From assembly GCF_000469585.1 (NCBI RefSeq), contig NZ_AWNK01000004.1, positions 40,311 to 104,310 on the forward strand: DNA of 64,000 bases. The letters run 5' to 3'. This document shows, piece by piece, positions 52,901 to 61,900 of this stretch. This DNA is from Chrysiogenes arsenatis DSM 11915. Lineage in GTDB: Bacteria; Chrysiogenota; Chrysiogenetes; Chrysiogenales; Chrysiogenaceae. Made by a program: the position numbers and the translations under genes. Position 1 is the first letter of the stretch. Each line of letters begins with the position of its first letter. The notes under the pieces are model-generated. The model was not told the DNA's origin and made no database searches. It saw nothing but the letters and a program-made list of their open reading frames with translations.

Positions 52901-55900
52901 AAGTTTTCCCGTCTGCCAAATGAACAGCATCGACGATAAGAGTCAGATCCTCAGAGACCGACACATTATCGTTGAAATTCGCAACCGTGGCACCGGTGAT
53001 CGCCAGTGTTGCCGCTTGTACTTTCGCATTGAATTTGATCGTGCCACCATTGAGGGCAATATTCAAATCAGCATCGGCGGTCACAATGTCAGCGGTAATG
53101 GCAATATTCCCCGCCGTGCTGCCACTGAGCGTCACCATGCCACTACCAAAGCCTACCGTTCCACCTATAATCGTCAATGAACCGCCATCCAGCAGGGTTA
53201 CACCTTTTTTGAAAATGACATCGCCCGTCGCATTGATGACCAGATCGCCAGCTATCGTCACCGCTTCTTCAAAGGTGACGTCGCTTGCACCGGTGATGTT
53301 CATACCAGCCAAATACCCTGTGGCCGGAGCCGTACCACTGCCTGAGCCCACTTCGCTCCAAACAATGACACGACCACCATCACTGAGATTTAGATTGAAT
53401 GTCGTCTCCACCCCGCCACTATTCGCGGCTAAGTAGTAACCAGCACTCTCACCACCCAGTGTAATATCGCCCCCACTGGTTACCGACACGCTGGAACCTA
53501 CGATCCGTAACGAGTCATGAATCGTATACTCTCCGGCAAATAAGTGTCTTCCACTAAGGTTGGTAGTTGCACCAGAACCGGTGATATTCAGCGATCCACC
53601 TTGAACCGTTCCACCCAAGTAGGTGGTATCGGAGTTCACTACAAAATCCCCTGCACCAACATTGATATCGCCATCGAGTTTTAATACCGTGTCGCCACTA
53701 TTGTCGACGGTCAAACCTTCGGACTTCAGCTGCGTCACGGTGAGCTGATTCGCGTTATTGCCCGTCAGGTTCAGTGCAACCGTTTTGGTTGTTTCCAGAT
53801 TCAGTGCGCCCGTCGCACCAGTAGAGACCTCGCCACTGATATTCAATGCCGCATTACTACGAATATGCGTATTGGCATTGGCCGAATTTACCCCATTGAG
53901 GGTGACAGACGTATTCGTACTATCGGCAAGAGTAAAGTCAACTTTCAGCTCCGCACCACCAGCACTGCTATTGGTGAGATTGGTTAACTGAGCATTACCA
54001 GAAACCTGTAAATTCAGGCTTCCCCCTTGCATCGCTACCGTACCACCAGCTAAATCCCCCTGTTGTTGAACGGTGAGTGCCACACCCGCCGTCGCCTGAG
54101 TATTCAGGTTTAAGTTCGCCGTTTGCGTACTCAGGGTCGTATCTTGCGTCACGGCAACGGTTAGATTTTTTGCAGTAATGGTGCCCGAAGAGAGGACGGT
54201 ATTCCCCGTCAGACTAATATCTGAATTTCCAGTACCAACGTTACTTCCGAGCACAATATCGCCACCAGAACTTGCTAAGTCGAGTGACTGCCCATCTCCC
54301 AATGGCAAATCGGTTACCCATATGTTGCCAGTAGCCGTAGCGGTTAGCGGTACATATCCATCACCACCTAAACCCACCTGCGAGTTCAGAATCGGTTTCG
54401 GGATACTCACCACGTAATCGCCTTGCACGTCTGTTTCCAGTTGCGCCAAGCTCAATGCAGATTGAGAGACCATGTTACGAGTAAATTCACCGCTGGAGGT
54501 TGCAATATTGAGAGTATCCAAAGCCCCAGTTGCACCAAGGATAGACACCGTATCCCCTACAATATGCACCGCACCACTTGGGGCGGCTTCCATGCGCTGA
54601 ATAGTGCCAATGGTATCCAACGTCACAGCACCGGCGGGCGCCGACACAAGACCAACTTTAATATCCCCTAAAGTTGCAACCGAAATGGTGTTCGTAACGC
54701 TATTGGTCATAGAACGGACATCAACCAGTGTCAAATCATCCTTCGTGCGGAGGTCGATCGCCCCATTGCCCGTGATCATTTGCTCGACTTTCAGCACACC
54801 GCTCTGCCGCACGGTGAGGTTACCGGAGTCCGTCTGCACATCTAACGACTTGACATTGGTAAACAGTGTCACATCGTCGGTTGCCCTTACCCGCAGTGTC
54901 TCTGACTTCAGCAATCCGCCCGTATTCATACTGATACGGTCGGCATGGAGTTCAATCAAGCTACTCGCATTGATGACACCGGCGGCTAAGTTGAGGTGCG
55001 CCGCTTCTATTTTAAGCGAATTTAGTGGCTCTAAACTTGTCAGACCGGCGATAACGCCATTGAGATAGAGATCATTCGTGGTTGCAATAGAGACACTTTC
55101 TTTGGCGCGCATATCCAGCACATGAACCATCAGCGTTGGTGCAATTACCCGAATAAAACCGCTTGGGCTACTTTCTGTAGGAGAACCTTCAGTTGGTGTA
55201 CCTGGATTTTCCCCTTCAAGATTCACCACGGCAATATCTGACAATCCCGATGCCCGCATTACCAATTTATCTATTTTTCCGGCTGGATTATCCAAACGGA
55301 GCAGATCTCCCTCGAACATGATGTTGGCATCTGACACCAGCTCTACCAGAGCATTGGCACGGATGGCAGCGTTGAGAGTGAGTGTTTGACCAGAATCATC
55401 GACACCAGTACCCGAATGCACCGCATGGATAATAACCTTGTCCGCCGACATATCCTCATCAAAGCTTGTCACTTGACTACCCGCATTACCAAAGGCAAAG
55501 GCGCTGGCACGGTATTCCAACGTACCGGCCGCCTGATTAAACTGACGGTAGAGGTTGACACTCCCTTGCGTAGCTACCAATGCCAGATTGGTATAGCCGG
55601 TAACCGAGTCATCGGCACTACTGCTCCAACCATCCGGTTTTTCGACCAGTACATTGCCCTCTTCCGACTGTAAACGGATCGTGTGGCCACTTACCTGAGC
55701 CTCTTTATCGAGACGCACATCATCCTGCGCACTTATATGCAAAAGGCCAGAACCTTGTAATGCTACCGTACCAAGTAACAGTCCGGGTGAAGTTTGCCCC
55801 GCTAACGAACGGTCGCGTACAATCAAATCGCCGCTGTCACTACTGGCTTGTAGGTGATTGACCGCTACCTCTAGCCCACTTACACCAGTACCAGCATCCA

Positions 55901-58900
55901 GAATTAACTGGTCGGCACGGATCATAGCCTGATCAACAGTGGCGCCTACAATATCTGCCGTAGTGGTTACGCTGACGAAGTCACGCACGCCATTATTACC
56001 ACCGCGAATCCAGATATTTTCGACCACCAAACGGTCATTACTGACAACCGCTACGTTGCCTGCATCAAGGAGGATATCCCCCAGAATCAGGGCACGGCCA
56101 CTTTGATTCAGTGTCAGATCGCCAGAGGCCAATTCTGCATCAATACGACCCGCTTGCGTGCGCAAACTCGTAGCCGTCCCCAACGACAAGTGCAGCTGCT
56201 CTACCGCAATGGCTGGGGTATTTTCATCGATATTTTGCACCCTACCCGGTGTGATCAAATGCACGTAACCACTACTAACAAGAGTGCCAATAGCAATTTG
56301 CGCCTGAGCCGCGTTCACGGCAACCGTGTCACCAACATTGAAGCCCTCACCCAGCACCGTCTGCACTTCCAGCGTCAGGCGATTCTGGCTCACATCACCA
56401 CTCAGTTGAGCGTCTACTACCCGCAAATTGCCGGTATTTGTCAGGGTGACCAGCATGTCCACCGCATTGACAAGCGAAAGATCAAGGTTGCCCACATGGC
56501 TGATATCCATAGTGCTCCCCGTGCCAGAAAGCTTCAGCGACTGAACATCGTTCAGCACCAGCGTTGCTGTACCACCAGCCGCAAGGTGGAGCGTTTCGCC
56601 CTGCAAGTAAGCCCGTGCCATCAAAGTATCACCAGTAAAGCTCGCTTGCTGTATCAGATCCCCTTGGGTACTGATAAGCGTAACGGTATTTCCCGCACCA
56701 ATCCCTTCGACAAAGCTACTGGCATCCAGTACGATATCACCCGTATTGGCCTGCAGGGTAATATGGTGGGCATATACCTCACCCAAAATATGCAGATGGT
56801 GCTGCGCCTCCACTACCACTTGGCCGTCAACCAGCGCGGCACTACCAATTTGGCCTGCGAGCGAAGCATCTTGCGCACTGTTCAGGCTAATGTTGCTCGC
56901 CAGCAGGGTGGAAGTATTCGCAAGCGCAAGCTCACCAGCGATTAAGGACAAACTCTCTGCCGTTAAAATCGATTGCGAAGCAAGTACGCCCGAACCTTCC
57001 ACGGCCGCTTGCCCCTGCACACTCAGCAATCCACCAGCTTCCACTGTCAGCGCCTGTGTCGCCGTTACTAAGCCGCGCAAATCGACAGCACCGGCACTCT
57101 CCAAACGGATATTCCCCGCCTGCAATGATTGCCCCGCAAAAGCCGCTTGTTCTTGCACCTGACTTTCAAACCCAGGCACCTGCTCTGCACGCCCCTCTAA
57201 ACCATACGTATTCTGTGTTTCCCACTGAGTTACCGTTTCATCTACAACGGTAGCGACTTGGGTTGTAATGGCGCCATACTGCGAAACAAGCTGGGTGACA
57301 TCGTTCGGCTCGTACACCACCTGATAATGTAATTTCATACGCTGATCGCGCAAATCTGTGGTATTCGAAGTCCAGTCATAGGTGTAATCGGTAAAGGTTT
57401 CAAGTGGGGCATTTTTCGTTTGCCAGTCATCAATATGATAGAAAATTGACAACGTCGTATCGAGGCCAGTACCTGGAACTAATGCAGTATCATGATGTTT
57501 CCAAGAGAAACCAATTTGTAGAGTTCCATAAAGGTCACCACTAACTAGGCGACTAAATATATCAAGCTTTTCTCTTAACGATACATGACCACTTGCAACG
57601 TGCGAAGCGTGGTCTTGAATAGAATTGCTAAAATTATCAATAGAATTAAAATAATGGGCTGTATAAATATGACGAGGACTCATACTTGTGTTCCATGAAT
57701 ATGTAACAAGTCTGTCGATTAAATTGGAGTACAGTGTACTTTGGGTAGCGTCAAGTGTTGCAATACTTGTATTAGGATCAAGTTCAGCATCAAGTAGTGT
57801 AGAAAAATTCTGTTTCAATAACTCCATCATGCTTCCAGCAGTTGGAGTTGTGTAGTTTTCCCCTACTATAACTATATAGATTGCGCTTGTTTCTGGTGTA
57901 TAGAGATCAGCTATGCGATAGCTCCCCGCATACTGATTACTACGCGGAGTAGTAACCACTACGTTCATATTGCCCGTATTATTAATGAGCGCCTCTACAA
58001 AACGGTTATCGGCGCGGATGAGCTGGGTTGCCGGTTCACTAGGAGTAAACCCTGCCGTTACAACATTTGAATTGATTCCATAGTCCACTGCCCACGTTGG
58101 CAGTAGACCGGAACTGAATCCAGCGCTACCCACGACGCTATATTCGCGACTACCACCACCCACATAGGTTACATCCCAATAGGCAGGGTCATTACCATCA
58201 ATCACCTCATTGGCGGCGCTAATGATATCAGGAAAAGGAATAACACCCGTCCACTGCGATGCTGCCTGAGTATATTTAACCTGCGCAACGTCTTTGAAGT
58301 TTCCAACGAATTCACCCAAAAGATCGCCACCAGCTACCGGTGAGCTAAACAGCGGTACATACCCCAGCGTGTCGGCGACTGCCATTTTCTGCGCGTCGCT
58401 TAAAGCGGCAAAAGTTGTTCCAGCGGTGGGCGCACTGAGGCCATAGTTCCCCCAGACAATATTCTCATTGGTGTAGTGCGTTCCGTGCACAAAGCTCGCT
58501 TGAGTGTGACCAACGGCATTGCGATAAGTGACAGTAACCCCAAGTTCAGCCGCCGATTTCCATGTGCCACTATTATTGCCATTCATTGTGGTGTCGTTTA
58601 CCAGATATTGTGGCCCACCTTGCGACACAACGCGCAAGATATCGGCCTCAGCTCCCTGCGGCAGGCTGATCAACATATCGCGCCAACCGGCAACATCGAC
58701 GGAAGTCACCTGTTGCGCATTCCCATGCCATGACGGAGTATGGGCAGTAGCCGTCGCGGTGCCGTTCGTAACCGTCACTTTCTGTGCATTGCTGTAACTG
58801 AACTGAAACAGTGGCTTGTACCCCAGATAGTTAAGCACAGCCTGACGTTGCGCCTCGTTTAACTGGTCAAAACGGGTGTTGGCACTTGGTGCCGTCGCCG

Positions 58901-61900
58901 TGCGGTTCGGCAGGAGTTCGGTAGCCGCATTGTTCCAGTTGACTACACTGTTCTGATAATCCTGCCCTTCGATAAAGAATTCTTTGAAGTTGGTGCCATT
59001 ATGGTAGCCGGTCTGCTCCAGCGCGACATTCATCATGACATATTCGTAGCCGACCGTCACACGCGACTGCGAGACTATTTCCATCCTGGTGGTTTCCGAC
59101 CAGACAATTTTGGGAATGGTTATCGTGCCAACAGCAACACTCTGCGTGCCGGTTACAATTGGCACAAAAGTTATTTGCGTGATCAAGGTTGGCACACGGA
59201 TCGTCCGCTCCTGGGTGCCAGCAATACTCGCTTGGAGTATCAAATCGCCTCCGGTCTGAATATTGAGGTCACGGGCGGCGGTGGCTCCGCCGATACCCAG
59301 CACATACACATTACCAGCCGCCTGCAGGCTCGCGGTGGTTTGTGCCGCTTGCAATGCAACATGACCAAGGCTGAGGTCGACACCAGCACGGATATCGATA
59401 TCTCCGCTTGAATCAAGCAGCCCATTCAATACCAGTTGCCCTGCAGTGTTGATTAACAGCCGGGCTACGTTTTCGCCACTTGGGAGATCAGTCACTTTCA
59501 CCTCGCCATTTATGGCGATCGCCTGACTGAGGAGGTGGAGCAATGCACCGGACTGCAAGCGAGCGGAACCGTCTATCAGCAATTCGGCATCAGCTTGGGC
59601 GCGAAGCGTGCTCCCCGTGCCTGTGGTTTCGACCAGTGCGGCCGCAAGTATATTCAGTTGCTGAGCGGCATGGAGCGCAATGGTGTTGGCCGCATGGAGT
59701 TGACCGGCATGGGCGGCTATGCCTTCGCCATCGACGATACCATCGCCGATATAAATGCTGCCAGCACTGGAGTGTAGATGTATGTCGCTGACGAGATGGA
59801 GATACTCTCCACCCTCATTGATTTCAGCACCAAGGCGGGTTTTTACAAAAATATCATCTACTGCGGTGAGTGTCAGCGTGCCGCCAGCGACCCGCAACGT
59901 ATGCCCCGCTTCAACCAATAAGCCAAGATCTGGGTGGCTCGAAACGCCTGTGCCGCCGTGGAGTTCTAGGCTCGTGGTTGCCCAAACTTCGCCCCCAGCC
60001 ATCCAGAGCAAACCACTGGTTGTGATGGTGACATTATTACCCACTATGCGGCTAAAAGGGTTGAATTTCAAAAGGTCATCGGTGCTATCCAGGCCCGTTT
60101 GAAGCTGAATGTTGCCACTCGCCTGAATCAGCGCCAAGCTCGCTACGAGTTCGTTTGTAGTGGTGTTTAATACTTGACCACCCATTTGCAATTGTCCGTC
60201 AAGATTGAATGTCACGTGGGCGATGTTTCCAGCCGACCAGTCGGCTTCGGTTGGGTTTTCCGCGTCAAAGCGGGCACCAGCATAGGCTTGACCGACCCAG
60301 AAGGCATCGTGTGCCGTCACGGTGAGTTCACTGCCATCACCACGGAGGTAGAGCGCTGCATTTCCTGCTAAGTGCAACGTTGCCCCGGCATCAATGTGCA
60401 AATCATTAGCAACTTGTATGGTCACACTGCTTGGATCTAGCTGGCCAACGTGTGGCGTAGTGTTGCCGATATTGATATCGTTTCCAGCCTTCAGCGTTAA
60501 TGATTGCAAGAGGGCAGCGGCTTCAGTCACGTCGGTCTGGTGCGTACTGCGGACGCCAAGCATGGCATTGGCCAGCGACAGGGTATCGCCTGCTTCTAGC
60601 ATTATGGTTCCACCGCGCACATTCCCAGAGAGGGTCAGATTTTCACTGGCAAAGAGTGTTGAGATCACAGAACTGGTGGCGTTGCGGACGACGAGTGCCC
60701 CCTGGAAGTCAATAGTGCGCCCACTTAAACTGACGGCATCGTCGGCTATCAGGTAGCCGTCCGTCGTTACGGTAATGTCGCCTTGGCTCTGAAGCGAGAG
60801 GTGGGTAACGCCAAAGTCACTTCCATCAAGCGTTGAGTTAATGATCAGGTTTTGAGTTGAACCAATTTGCAGTCCGCCAGCCGCCACAATTTGACCAGCA
60901 CCCAACTCCATTTGCGCCGTGGTAGCAACTATAATCTTAACACTTCCGGCAGACTGGACGGTTGCGGGGTCACCGCTGTTGGCTTTCGGCTGTATAACGG
61001 TGCGCCCTTCAGACTCTAACCGGATGGTACTGTGAGCTTCGCTTGTTTTGAGTAGCGCCGCTCCACCAATGGTAATGGTATCCGTAGCGATCAGCGAAAT
61101 ATCGCTATTTGCTCGCACAGTGCCAAGCACGGTGAGAGTTCCGTCAACTTCAAAATGGACGGCTCCGCTCGCTCCGGCATGTTGGGTGTAGAGCGCATCG
61201 ATCTGTTCTCCGTCGGCATTGTAAATAGGTTGTAACTCGCCACCGCTCGCGGCAAAGCCCCAGATTTGCGCATCGGCATCGGCAATCATTTTAAGGATGC
61301 CATCGGGATTTTTCACGACGGCAACGGCGGTTGCTGGCATTTTAATGGCGAGGTTATCATCGCCCGCTCCGTGATTGCGGCCACTGCCACCCTGCAAGGT
61401 CATGGCACCTCCGGCACGCAGGGTACCGCCAACTTCGATTGTGCCGCCACCGGTTGCAGCGGCCTTGCCTCCGAGATAGAGTTGCCCCAGAGCTACAATA
61501 GTCATGGTGGCTTCGGTATTGATCCAGTGAATGCTTTCGGTTGGTACACCACCAGCAATAGTACGGTTTACGCTGCCACCAGCCAGCAGGTTGCCCATCA
61601 CTTCAATATGTCCAGCCGTGGTGAGCGTCAGTGTGCCCGTCTGCGTGTTTGGTTGCGGCGTAGCGCTGATACCCCCGCCAACGGTGATCCCTCCGGCAGC
61701 CGTTACTTGTATGCCAACGCCATCATAAATGCTGTTTTGTGGTATCCCGGCACGTATTTCGGCATTGCCAGACGCCGCGAGTCCGGAATCGATACGGACT
61801 TGTTGATGAAGCGATTCAAGGTAAAGACGATTATTGGCAGCGTTAAAGACAAAACCAGTGCTACCAATATTTCCGCCTGCCACGATTTCGCCGTTTGTGT

